From Bacteroidota bacterium (GTDB lineage: Bacteria > Bacteroidota > Bacteroidia > M30B66), in contig JAIXUS010000005.1 in assembly GCA_027483445.1 (NCBI GenBank), positions 140,927 to 204,926 of the forward strand: a DNA stretch of 64,000 nt. The letters run 5' to 3'. A program made the translations under genes and the position numbers. The first letter of the stretch is position 1; the number at the start of each line of letters is the position of its first letter. Positions 1 through 8,484 of this stretch are shown here, piece by piece. Under the pieces are notes generated by a model. That model was not told the origin of the DNA and ran no database searches. It saw only the letters and a program-made list of their open reading frames with translations.

Positions 1-2667
1 GCCGCCTTCTCTGGTTCAGTTCCCGACACCCTGATTTACACTCCAAACAGCCCATATTCTGCAGTGAATCCTTTTGGAGTGGCTACAAGTTTAAATCGCT
101 CTACCGGAGAAATCGCATTTACGCCAAACATGACCGGTAATTTTGTTACGGTTGTTAAGGTGTCGGCATTCCGATGCGGAGTTTTAGTGGCCGAGATCTA
201 CAGAGAATTGCAAGTCGTCGTTATTGGTTGCGGAGCTAACAATCCGCCTTCAATAACTGCCCCATTTATCAACCCATCAACTGGCCTGCAAACCTCCTTC
301 ATCGATACTGTCATGGCTGGAGACTTGGTTAGCTTCAGTATCAATGGAACCGACAATGAGTTTTTACCTATCGGAGTTGCGCAATCTTTAAGAATTACTG
401 CATCAGGAGGACAATTTGGTGATGGATTTACATCTTCAACAAGCGGCTGTAGTAATCCGCCTTGCGCAACATTAAACCCTGCGCCACCGGTTGTTTTACC
501 CAATAATAGCTCGATAAATTTTAATTGGCAAACAACATGCGATCACGTAGCAATTAACGATGAATGTTTCGCAACCCAGAATACACATACGTTTGTTTTG
601 GCCTTTCAGGATGACTTTTGTCCTGCTCCATCCTATAATATAGCTACAATTACCATTGTGGTTACAGCGCCGCCAGTAACGAGTTCTCCTTCACTTCGCT
701 GTTTGGAAGTGTTGACTTCGGGCGATGTTCAACTAACCTGGGTTCCTCCATCTGACCCGGAAAATCAGTTTAATAGCTATCACATCTTTTCTGGCCCGGG
801 TCCTAATGGCCCGTTCACTGTGGTTGACAGCATTTTTAGTCTGGGCCAAAGCACGTACACACACGTTGGAGCCAATGCCAATGCTGGTTCCGTTTATTAT
901 TGTATTCGCACCCGCTCAGGTTGTGAAGGATTGGTTTTCTCGCCGGCTTTGGACACATTACAAACAATGTATCTCGCTGTAAATGATGGCGGTGCAGGCA
1001 ATATTAATTTAAACTGGAATGGATTGAGCTCCCCATTACCAGCTACAAGTCTGTTGCCTTATCGTATCGACAAAGATGTTTCGCCAAACCCGCCTGCATT
1101 TTGGCAGAATACTCAAATGTTATCGGCCAACGATTTTATGGTTGGGTGCACGCAGGATATTTTTTATCAGGTAAGCATTCCCGATGCTTCCGGTTGTATT
1201 TCCCGCTCGAATAGAAATGGCGGACCGTTTAGCAATGATGAACCACCCGATACGCCATTGCTGGATTCCGTTTCTGTCAATCCATTCAACAATCAAGTTG
1301 TGCTGGGCTGGCAAAGTTCGCCTTCACCAGATGTGGAGAGCTATATTCTTTATTCGGTAAACGGGGCCGATACTACTGTGATCGACACGGTTCCACTCAT
1401 GGATTTACAGGCCGTTTTATCAGGACTATTTCCACAGAATGGTTCTGTTTCCTTTGCGGTTTCAGCTTTGGATGAATGCGATGAGGAAAGTCCCCTTTCT
1501 CCCGTTCATTCAACGTTGTATTTAGAGTATGAATTGTTGGGTTGTTTGGGCAAGGTTGACCTACGGTGGAATAGCTACAATGCCTATCCACAGAGTGATT
1601 TAAGTTATGAGATATGGTCATCCGTGAACAACGGCCCATACGTACTGGCAGGAACTACGCAAGCCGGAGGCAATTTGGTAAGTTTTAGTTCTTCTAATTT
1701 GCTGCCTAACCAGCAGTATTGCTTTTTTGTGCGTGCACGTAGCCTTTCAAGCGGATTTTCGAGCACATCCAACCTTATCTGTTTTGAAGCTGATGTTCAG
1801 AATCTCCCCGATTTTTCTTATCTGCGTAGAGCTACAGTTATCGATAATAATACTGCGTATACCCGATGCTTGATTGATACCGCATCGGATATTGCATTTT
1901 ACAGAGTAGTGAGAGCGGTTTGGCCATTGGGTCAGCGCGATACGCTCGATTTTCAGCCTTTGCCTTTGGGTACAAATGAATTGGAATTTTGGGATGCCGG
2001 TGTAAATACATCCGAAAATAGCTACGAATATATTTTTGTATTAATCGATAAATGCAATCTTCCTTCGGGAGTGAGCAATCCGGGCAGAACTATATTGTTA
2101 TCCGGCATAGCCGGGGATGGCTTCGTGAATCGCCTTAACTGGAACAGCTATGGAGAATGGGACGCCGGTGTAAAGGAGTACACATTGTTCAGGTCGATCA
2201 ATAATGGTGGGAGTTTTATTCCATGGTTTACTTCTGAAAATGATACCCTGTTTAACGATAATGTCATCAACACCCTCGATACTACCCTCGACATTTGTTA
2301 CAGGGTAAGGGCCATCGAACTTCCGGGAAACAGTTTTAATGTACGCGATACCTCTTGGTCGAATGTGCTGTGTCTTCAGCAAAAGGCTACGGTATATGTA
2401 CCGAATGCATTTATTCCACAGGGAGCCGGCCAGAATACAACCTTCAAAGCCCAAGGATTGTATGAGCGCCTTGCCTTAAACCACCGCTTTGCTGTATTTA
2501 ACCGTTGGGGCGAAGAGATTTTCAGTACCAGCGATCCTAAGAAAGCGTGGGACGGGAAGTATAATTCTGCTTATGTGCCTTCAGGGGTCTATGTTTACCA
2601 CCTTGAGTTTGACCTTCCCGATGGATCCCGGGTAAATAAACGGGGGGCTGTAACTGTGATTGAGTAA
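1..2667 (+). CDS. 5'-truncated large secreted surface protein with a gliding-motility-associated (T9SS type B) C-terminal sorting domain. Fibronectin/Ig-like repeat content is probable.
   Basis: Frame 1 is open from base 1 with no stop before the listed GTG at 64, so the gene continues upstream of the window. The C-terminus (YVPNAFIPQGAG...FNRWGEEIF...GVYVYHLEFDL...) matches the CHU_C/TIGR04131-type T9SS type B domain. It is long, Thr/Ser/Asn-rich and has repeated 'LNWN' modules. Confidence 0.75.
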   Translation, partial: AAFSGSVPDTLIYTPNSPYSAVNPFGVATSLNRSTGEIAFTPNMTGNFVTVVKVSAFRCGVLVAEIYRELQVVVIGCGANNPPSITAPFINPSTGLQTSFIDTVMAGDLVSFSINGTDNEFLPIGVAQSLRITASGGQFGDGFTSSTSGCSNPPCATLNPAPPVVLPNNSSINFNWQTTCDHVAINDECFATQNTHTFVLAFQDDFCPAPSYNIATITIVVTAPPVTSSPSLRCLEVLTSGDVQLTWVPPSDPENQFNSYHIFSGPGPNGPFTVVDSIFSLGQSTYTHVGANANAGSVYYCIRTRSGCEGLVFSPALDTLQTMYLAVNDGGAGNINLNWNGLSSPLPATSLLPYRIDKDVSPNPPAFWQNTQMLSANDFMVGCTQDIFYQVSIPDASGCISRSNRNGGPFSNDEPPDTPLLDSVSVNPFNNQVVLGWQSSPSPDVESYILYSVNGADTTVIDTVPLMDLQAVLSGLFPQNGSVSFAVSALDECDEESPLSPVHSTLYLEYELLGCLGKVDLRWNSYNAYPQSDLSYEIWSSVNNGPYVLAGTTQAGGNLVSFSSSNLLPNQQYCFFVRARSLSSGFSSTSNLICFEADVQNLPDFSYLRRATVIDNNTAYTRCLIDTASDIAFYRVVRAVWPLGQRDTLDFQPLPLGTNELEFWDAGVNTSENSYEYIFVLIDKCNLPSGVSNPGRTILLSGIAGDGFVNRLNWNSYGEWDAGVKEYTLFRSINNGGSFIPWFTSENDTLFNDNVINTLDTTLDICYRVRAIELPGNSFNVRDTSWSNVLCLQQKATVYVPNAFIPQGAGQNTTFKAQGLYERLALNHRFAVFNRWGEEIFSTSDPKKAWDGKYNSAYVPSGVYVYHLEFDLPDGSRVNKRGAVTVIE

Positions 2668-2722
2668 TTTATTTTGTTGGGAATCAATCATATCAATTGC
2701 TTTGGGATTTTTTTCTGAAAAA

Positions 2723-2753
2723 CTATTTGTGAGTTATTGTCTTTTACTACTTT
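2723..2753 (+). promoter_or_regulatory. Putative Bacteroidota sigma-A type promoter for tRNA-Gln (-33 TTG / -7 TAnnTTTG).
   Basis: 'TACTTTTG' at 2746-2753 matches the Bacteroidetes -7 consensus TAnnTTTG. A TTG lies at 2724-2726, about 19 bp upstream. The motif ends ~16 bp before the tRNA 5' end. Confidence 0.4.
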
Positions 2754-2768
2754 TGCACACCACTAATC

Positions 2769-2844
2769 TGTCCGATGGTGTAACTGGCAACACGTCTGAT
2801 TTTGGTTCAGAAGAGTCTAGGTTCGACCCCTAGTCGGACAACCA
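2769..2844 (+). tRNA. tRNA-Gln (anticodon TTG), CCA encoded
   Basis: Manual fold. Acceptor stem TGTCCGA pairs with TCGGACA, followed by discriminator A and CCA. D stem is GTGT/ACAC. Anticodon stem TCTGA/TCAGA carries a 7-nt loop TTTTGGT, giving anticodon TTG. T stem CTAGG/CCTAG has loop TTCGACC. Confidence 0.8.
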
Positions 2845-2875
2845 AGCTCCCCCCGCGGGAGCTTTTTTATTTTTA
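2845..2875 (+). terminator. Rho-independent terminator immediately after tRNA-Gln
   Basis: Hairpin AGCTCCC-cccgc-GGGAGCT followed by TTTTTTATTTTT. Confidence 0.7.
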
Positions 2876-2972
2876 CCCTATCAACACCACCCTCTGAAAA
2901 CTTTAGTCATTCGCTGTAGTCGATTGCGTTGAGTTTCCTATTTTCGTCGCCGAATCTGAATTTGCCCATACT

Positions 2973-5900
2973 ATGAAGTCGTATAAATTCCTGAATAATA
3001 CCCTTGGCTGGCTTACCTTTACCATTGCCCTGCTTACCTACGGAATGACCGTTGAGCCGACTGCCAGTTTCTGGGATTGCGGTGAGTTTATTGCGACAGC
3101 CTACAAATTACAGATTGGTCACCCTCCGGGAGCTCCCTTATTTATGATTATTGGTAGGGTGGCTACGCTTTTCGCTATGGGCGATACCACCAAGGTTGCT
3201 TACATGATGAACCTGCTGTCGGCCCTGGCCAGTGCGGGTTCCATTTTGTTCCTGTTTTGGACCATCACCCATTTGGCCAGAAAAATATTCACTTCGAAAG
3301 GTCAGGAGCTTACCCAAGGGACCTTAATTGCCATTTTTGGAAGTGGGCTTGTAGGAGCTTTGGCCTACACGTTTTCAGACACGTTTTGGTTTTCGGCGGT
3401 TGAAGGTGAAGTTTACGCGCTCTCCTCGTTTTTTACGGCTATCGTTTTTTGGGCAATGCTCAAGTGGGAAGAAGTGGCAGATCAACCTTATGCTGATCGG
3501 TATATTGTTTTAATTGCTTATCTGATGGGCCTTTCCATCGGTATTCACTTGCTTAACCTTCTTACCATTCCGGCACTTGCATACATATATTATTTCCGCA
3601 AGTTTAAAACTACCCGAGCCGGAGTCCTTGTCACTGCATTTGTGGGTATGCTATTATTAGGCTTTGTACAGTTCGCATTCATTCCTAAAGTGGTGGGAAC
3701 TGCGGCCCAATTTGAATTGCTGTTCACAAATACCCTTGGAATGGGCTTTGGCAGCGGCGCGGCAGCCTACATCGTGACACTCATTGTCCTCATAGTTTTA
3801 AGCATCCGGTTCATCAGTCAACGCAAGGAAGTTCCGGCATTCATCTCTTTGGCACTTCTGGTTTTACTGGTTTCTGGTTTAGCCTTAGGAATTATTGTTG
3901 GAGGCATTCTCGCGTACCTCATGTTGGTGCGCAAGAACAGCTTCGAATTGGCCCACCTCGCCACAGTGTGCATCATGGTCATGCTGATCGGGTATAGCAC
4001 TTATGGAATGATTGTCATCCGCTCATCTGCAGATACTCCGATGGATGAAAACAATCCTGAAAATGTGTTCACCCTCCTGAGTTATCTTAACCGCGAGCAA
4101 TATGGAACGCGTCCACTTGTATATGGACAATATTTTAACGCAAAAGTAGTTGACTATAAGCCGGGTAAGCCGGTTTACGCTCCCGACTATAAAAGCGGAA
4201 AGTATGTTGTAGTAGCTAAGCCTGAAGATACAGCTGAACCGGTTTACGATCCTGAATATTCTACTTTCTTTCCCCGGATGTGGAGCGGACAAAGTCAGCA
4301 CATTCGCGGATATAAATCGTGGGCCGACATTAAAGACACCAAGAAGAAGCCTACGTTTGCTCAGAATTTAAGGTTTTTCTTTACCTATCAGCTGGGCTTT
4401 ATGTACTTCCGCTATTTTGCCTGGAATTTTGTAGGCAGAACAAACGACGTACAAGGGCAAGGAAAGCCATCGTGGGAAGGAGGCTGGAAAAGTGGAATTG
4501 GCTTCTTCGATGATAGCCGATTGGGCACTCAAGACGATATGCCGGCATCGATGGCCGGTAACAAAGCCAATAATCAGTTTTACTTTCTGCCTCTGATTTT
4601 GGGTTTAATCGGACTCATTTATCAAATGAATCGGGCCAATAAAGATTTTTGGGTTGTGATGCTCTTCTTCTTTTTTACCGGAATTGCCATCATTTTATTC
4701 CTAAACCAGTATACCAATGAGCCCCGTGAGCGTGATTATGGCTTCGCAGGTTCGTTTTATGCCTTTTCCATTTGGATAGGATTGGGTGTTGCCGCGGTAT
4801 TTGATTTCCTCCGCAAGTTTGCTCCTGCTCCGGTTGTAGCCCTTGGAGCCACAGCACTTTGCCTGGTTGCTGTGCCAGGCTTAATGGCCAAAGGCGGATG
4901 GGATGACCATGATCGCTCACACCGATACACCGCCCGCGATTATGCGAGCAACTATCTGGAAAGCTGCGCCCCCAATGCCATTTTGTTCACCAATGGTGAT
5001 AACGACACCTTCCCGCTTTGGTACGCCCAGGAAGTCGAAGGCATACGCACTGATGTGCGCGTTGTTAACTTAAGTCTCCTGAATACCGATTGGTATATCG
5101 ATCAAATTAAACGTAAAGCCTACGATTCTGATGCCGTTCCTTTATCGTTCACACAAGACAAATACCGTCAAGGGAAACGAGAGCAAATCCTGATTATGGA
5201 TAAAGGCTTGCAAGGGCATCAAAACATCAAGGAAATGATTGAATTTGTGGCAAGTGATAACCCTGAATTCAAGTTTTCTTATGAAGGCCGGTCTTTCGAT
5301 TATTTCCCGTCCGATAAGTTTAGCATTCCGGTCGATTCAGCGGCTGTAGTTCAAAGTGGATTGGTGCCTCCTTCGATGGCCTCGCAAATTGTAAAAAGTG
5401 TTGATTTCACAATTGACCGCAATTATGTGTTAAAAGCCGAATTGATGATTCTCGATTTGTTGGCTACAAACAATTGGAAGCGACCTGTTTATTTTGCCAT
5501 TACAGTGGGTGATGACAGTTACCTTGGATTGCAGGATTACTTCCAACTTGAAGGTCTTGCTTACCGCCTTGTACCTGTGAAATCGCAAGCGCGAGGTCGT
5601 GGAGATGACTATGGAAGAGTGAATACCGGCTTGATGTACAAAAACATGATGGAGAAATTCAAGTGGGGAGGCGTAGAAAAGCGTGAAATCTACATGGATG
5701 AAAACAACCTGAGAATGACCATGAATCTTCGGAGCAATTTTGAGCGCCTCGCCAGCAGCCTCATAGAAGAAGGCAAACGCGATTCAGCGATTAAAGCCCT
5801 GGATCGTTGTTTTGAGGTGCTTCCTGAGAAAAATGTCCCTTACAACTTCTTTGTCATTCAACTTTCCGATGCTTACTACCGAGCTGGAGTAACCGACAAG

Positions 5901-6146
5901 CCCGACCAGATTATGACCAGGTACGCCGGCATCGTTGAAGCTGAACTTAAATACTACTTCAAACAGAAGCGGCCTATCCAGAAAGATTTTGAAGGCGAAA
6001 TTCAGCGAAATATGTCTATTTACAAGTATCTTTTAGATACCGCCAAGAAGAACAGACGTGATGCTTTAGTAGCCAAACTTCAGCCTATTTTCGATTCGTT
6101 GGAATCACAATATATGGCTGTGGCCGGTGAGGTAGTTTCGCAATAA
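2973..6146 (+). CDS. DUF2723 / TMEM260-like polytopic membrane protein (putative protein O-mannosyltransferase-like glycosyltransferase), 1057 aa
   Basis: The N-terminal block ...TVEPTASFWDCGEFIATAYKLQIGHPPGAPLF... is the hallmark of Bacteroidota DUF2723 proteins. Many transmembrane helices are followed by a large soluble C-terminal region. Confidence 0.7.
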   Translation: MKSYKFLNNTLGWLTFTIALLTYGMTVEPTASFWDCGEFIATAYKLQIGHPPGAPLFMIIGRVATLFAMGDTTKVAYMMNLLSALASAGSILFLFWTITHLARKIFTSKGQELTQGTLIAIFGSGLVGALAYTFSDTFWFSAVEGEVYALSSFFTAIVFWAMLKWEEVADQPYADRYIVLIAYLMGLSIGIHLLNLLTIPALAYIYYFRKFKTTRAGVLVTAFVGMLLLGFVQFAFIPKVVGTAAQFELLFTNTLGMGFGSGAAAYIVTLIVLIVLSIRFISQRKEVPAFISLALLVLLVSGLALGIIVGGILAYLMLVRKNSFELAHLATVCIMVMLIGYSTYGMIVIRSSADTPMDENNPENVFTLLSYLNREQYGTRPLVYGQYFNAKVVDYKPGKPVYAPDYKSGKYVVVAKPEDTAEPVYDPEYSTFFPRMWSGQSQHIRGYKSWADIKDTKKKPTFAQNLRFFFTYQLGFMYFRYFAWNFVGRTNDVQGQGKPSWEGGWKSGIGFFDDSRLGTQDDMPASMAGNKANNQFYFLPLILGLIGLIYQMNRANKDFWVVMLFFFFTGIAIILFLNQYTNEPRERDYGFAGSFYAFSIWIGLGVAAVFDFLRKFAPAPVVALGATALCLVAVPGLMAKGGWDDHDRSHRYTARDYASNYLESCAPNAILFTNGDNDTFPLWYAQEVEGIRTDVRVVNLSLLNTDWYIDQIKRKAYDSDAVPLSFTQDKYRQGKREQILIMDKGLQGHQNIKEMIEFVASDNPEFKFSYEGRSFDYFPSDKFSIPVDSAAVVQSGLVPPSMASQIVKSVDFTIDRNYVLKAELMILDLLATNNWKRPVYFAITVGDDSYLGLQDYFQLEGLAYRLVPVKSQARGRGDDYGRVNTGLMYKNMMEKFKWGGVEKREIYMDENNLRMTMNLRSNFERLASSLIEEGKRDSAIKALDRCFEVLPEKNVPYNFFVIQLSDAYYRAGVTDKPDQIMTRYAGIVEAELKYYFKQKRPIQKDFEGEIQRNMSIYKYLLDTAKKNRRDALVAKLQPIFDSLESQYMAVAGEVVSQ

Positions 6147-6157
6147 GCAGCAATGCT

Positions 6158-6784
6158 ATGAATTTTTTTCAGCACCCCGGATTTTGGCTGAATTGGTATT
6201 ATCCGGGTGCTCTTTTTCGCCTTCCTGATAGCAAACGGAAAAGGCTTGTTCTCACATTCGACGATGGTCCTCAGCCTGGCGTAACCGATCGGGTTTTAGA
6301 TATCTTGAAAGAAGAACAAATACAGGCGATCTTTTTCTGCTTAGGCCGGCAAGTGAAAGCCTATCCGGAACTTTTTGCCCGAATTCAGCGCGAAGGCCAT
6401 TGGGTTGGAAACCATAGCTTCAGTCACTTGAATGGATTGAACACTGCGCTGGGCGAGTACATCGATGATGTTTCAGAAGCTTCGAATTGGATTTCATCTC
6501 CTTTTTTCAGACCGCCCTATGGGAAAATGAAGCGCTCGCAGTTTTTTAAACTTAAAAAGAGCTATCAGGTGATGCTGTGGGATGTCCTGGCCGTAGACTA
6601 TGAGCCAAATCGCAGTCCGGAACAGTGCGTTGACACGGTACTCAAATACAGCCGAAATGGCTCTGTGATTGTTTTTCACGATTCTCTCAAAGCCGCAGAC
6701 CGTGTTTTGGGTGCATTGAAGCCCAGCATTAAAGCCTTAAAATCCAAGGGTTTTGAATTTTGTCTTCCACCAATACCACACTGA
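6158..6784 (+). CDS. Polysaccharide deacetylase (NodB homology domain) family protein
   Basis: Motifs LTFDDGP and GNHSFSH (NodB catalytic motifs 1 and 2); ~200 aa. Confidence 0.8.
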   Translation: MNFFQHPGFWLNWYYPGALFRLPDSKRKRLVLTFDDGPQPGVTDRVLDILKEEQIQAIFFCLGRQVKAYPELFARIQREGHWVGNHSFSHLNGLNTALGEYIDDVSEASNWISSPFFRPPYGKMKRSQFFKLKKSYQVMLWDVLAVDYEPNRSPEQCVDTVLKYSRNGSVIVFHDSLKAADRVLGALKPSIKALKSKGFEFCLPPIPH

Positions 6785-6825
6785 CTTGAAGATTATTCGT
6801 TTCTTCGCCCCATCGCAACCCTTGT

Positions 6826-7977
6826 ATGGAATTGAATTTTGACGAAATACGTCCTTTTGAAGATCGTGAAGTGCAAGATGCACTGCAGCGACTTTCTTTA
6901 GAACCCGGATTTGATGAGGCATTGGCTTATGTTTTTCCTGAACTCGGAAGCGATGAGCTCAGGAAATTACTTAGCTCCATTCAGACGGTCGACGATTTTC
7001 AAACTAAGATTGTCGCGGGTGCCGTGGAGCGAATTTCTGACTTCACTACCAGCGGGCTTGAGATTTCCGGATTAGAGCAACTGAATCCAGGTCAGCCGTA
7101 TTTGTTTATCTCTAATCACCGCGATATCGTTTTAGATTCTGCGTTTATCAACTATATACTTCACCGCGAAGGATTCCCTACAACGCGCATCGCCATTGGG
7201 AATAATCTCCTACAGAAAAGTTGGATTACCGATTTGGTTAAATTAAATAAGAATTTCATCGTTCACAGGAATGTCGCTTCGCGGATGGCATATGACTATT
7301 CGCTACGTTTATCGAGCTATATTAAGCATAGTCTTGAAGTCGACAGATCTTCAGTTTGGATTGCCCAACGCGAAGGACGAACAAAAGATGGGATTGACAA
7401 GACTCAACCCGGATTGCTCAAGATGTTTACAATGGCCCACAATGTTGAGCCTTCGGAGGCTTTTGTAAATATGCATTTAGTACCCATTACACTGAGTTAT
7501 GAAAAAGAGCCATGTGCTGCACTTAAAGCTAAAGAGCTTTATTATAAGGCTTTTCATGGGTCATATACAAAGCAAGTTGGAGAAGATTTAACCTCTATGA
7601 AAATCGGTATTTCTTCCCCAAAGGGAAAAGTACATATCCATTTCGGAGAAGAAATTCAACCAATCAGAATTGCTGAATTCTTCGAGGGTTATAGTAAAAA
7701 CGACGGATTTAAGAATATGGCCGAAGCCATTGATGCAGTAATCCTTTCTGGGTTTAAATTAAGTCCATCAAACTTTATTGCTGCCGATTTATTAAAAGGT
7801 ACGGCCAATTGGGAAGCGCGATACAGTTCCCATCAGAAAGATCGATTTATTCGGGAAATGGATAAAGAGCTTGCTCAAATTGGTGATGGAAATCCTGAAT
7901 TAATTAAGCCTTTTTATTTGGAAATATACGCTAATCCCTTGCTCAATAAAGAAAAGTTAAACTTAAGTGTTAATTAA
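6826..7977 (+). CDS. PlsC-family glycerol/lysophospholipid acyltransferase-like protein with C-terminal extension
   Basis: HxxxxD acyltransferase motif in 'FISNHRDIVLDSAF'. Its 383 aa is longer than canonical PlsC, so the substrate is unknown. Confidence 0.6.
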   Translation: MELNFDEIRPFEDREVQDALQRLSLEPGFDEALAYVFPELGSDELRKLLSSIQTVDDFQTKIVAGAVERISDFTTSGLEISGLEQLNPGQPYLFISNHRDIVLDSAFINYILHREGFPTTRIAIGNNLLQKSWITDLVKLNKNFIVHRNVASRMAYDYSLRLSSYIKHSLEVDRSSVWIAQREGRTKDGIDKTQPGLLKMFTMAHNVEPSEAFVNMHLVPITLSYEKEPCAALKAKELYYKAFHGSYTKQVGEDLTSMKIGISSPKGKVHIHFGEEIQPIRIAEFFEGYSKNDGFKNMAEAIDAVILSGFKLSPSNFIAADLLKGTANWEARYSSHQKDRFIREMDKELAQIGDGNPELIKPFYLEIYANPLLNKEKLNLSVN

Positions 7978-8018
7978 ACAACGCTTTTTCGTGTAGGGCT
8001 TTCAAGTTAAATTTAATC

Positions 8019-8060
8019 ATGAATTCTTAATGAAATAAGGAATTCATCATTTTTTAATTG
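8019..8060 (+). terminator. Possible terminator hairpin after the acyltransferase gene
   Basis: ATGAATTC ... GAATTCAT 8-bp inverted repeat with a 13-nt loop, followed by CATTTTTTAATT. Confidence 0.35.
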
Positions 8061-8167
8061 TTCACATTTTTGTAATTGAAATCCTAATTTTTCCAACATC
8101 ATTGCTTTTTGAATAGAACTGAAAGGGAAAATTCATTTATATGTTAGGCTTTATCAGAGTCTTCGTT

Positions 8168-8425
8168 CTAAAATGAAGATTTAACCAAGTTTTTAGTCCA
8201 TTCTGCGTGAATCAATTCATACTCATGTTGATTGATTTTTTGAAATGTTTTTTCGGCCTGAAGCATTTCCTGAATTCTGACCTTATCGGGGTAAATCTTT
8301 GCTGTAAACTCTTCTTCGAAATAAAATCCCCCCATTTTTTTTAACTCTGTAAAGGTGTTTTCATCGGTGATTTTAAAATACACTTCGATATTTTCAATTT
8401 TTCGATAAGCAGGGAATTCCAACAT
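8168..8425 (-). CDS. Small hypothetical protein (~86 aa), divergent from the phytoene-desaturase-like gene
   Basis: ORF 8168..8473(-). The internal Met (MLEFPAYRK...) avoids overlap with the neighbour. No recognisable motif. Coding status is uncertain. Confidence 0.35.
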   Translation of the reverse strand: MLEFPAYRKIENIEVYFKITDENTFTELKKMGGFYFEEEFTAKIYPDKVRIQEMLQAEKTFQKINQHEYELIHAEWTKNLVKSSF

Positions 8426-8484
8426 TTTTGTTTTCTGTGAACAAGGGTTGTTTAGCTTTGTTCCAACGTGCAAAATACATTTTC

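Noticed and set aside
198-503. Antisense or alternative-frame ORFs of 60-200 aa embedded in large genes (e.g. 198-503(-), 10338-10874(-), 16112-16726(-), 57675-58010(-), 47762-48250(+))
   Set aside because: They overlap, on the opposite strand or out of frame, genes with strong domain-level support. Their amino-acid composition is low complexity, as expected for shadow ORFs. There is no independent evidence of coding.
2769-2844. tRNA-Gln as the attachment site of a genomic island or mobile element
   Set aside because: No integrase, recombinase or transposase was found. There is no repeat of the tRNA 3' end in the window, and downstream genes (DUF2723, deacetylase, acyltransferase) look like core envelope functions with uniform composition.
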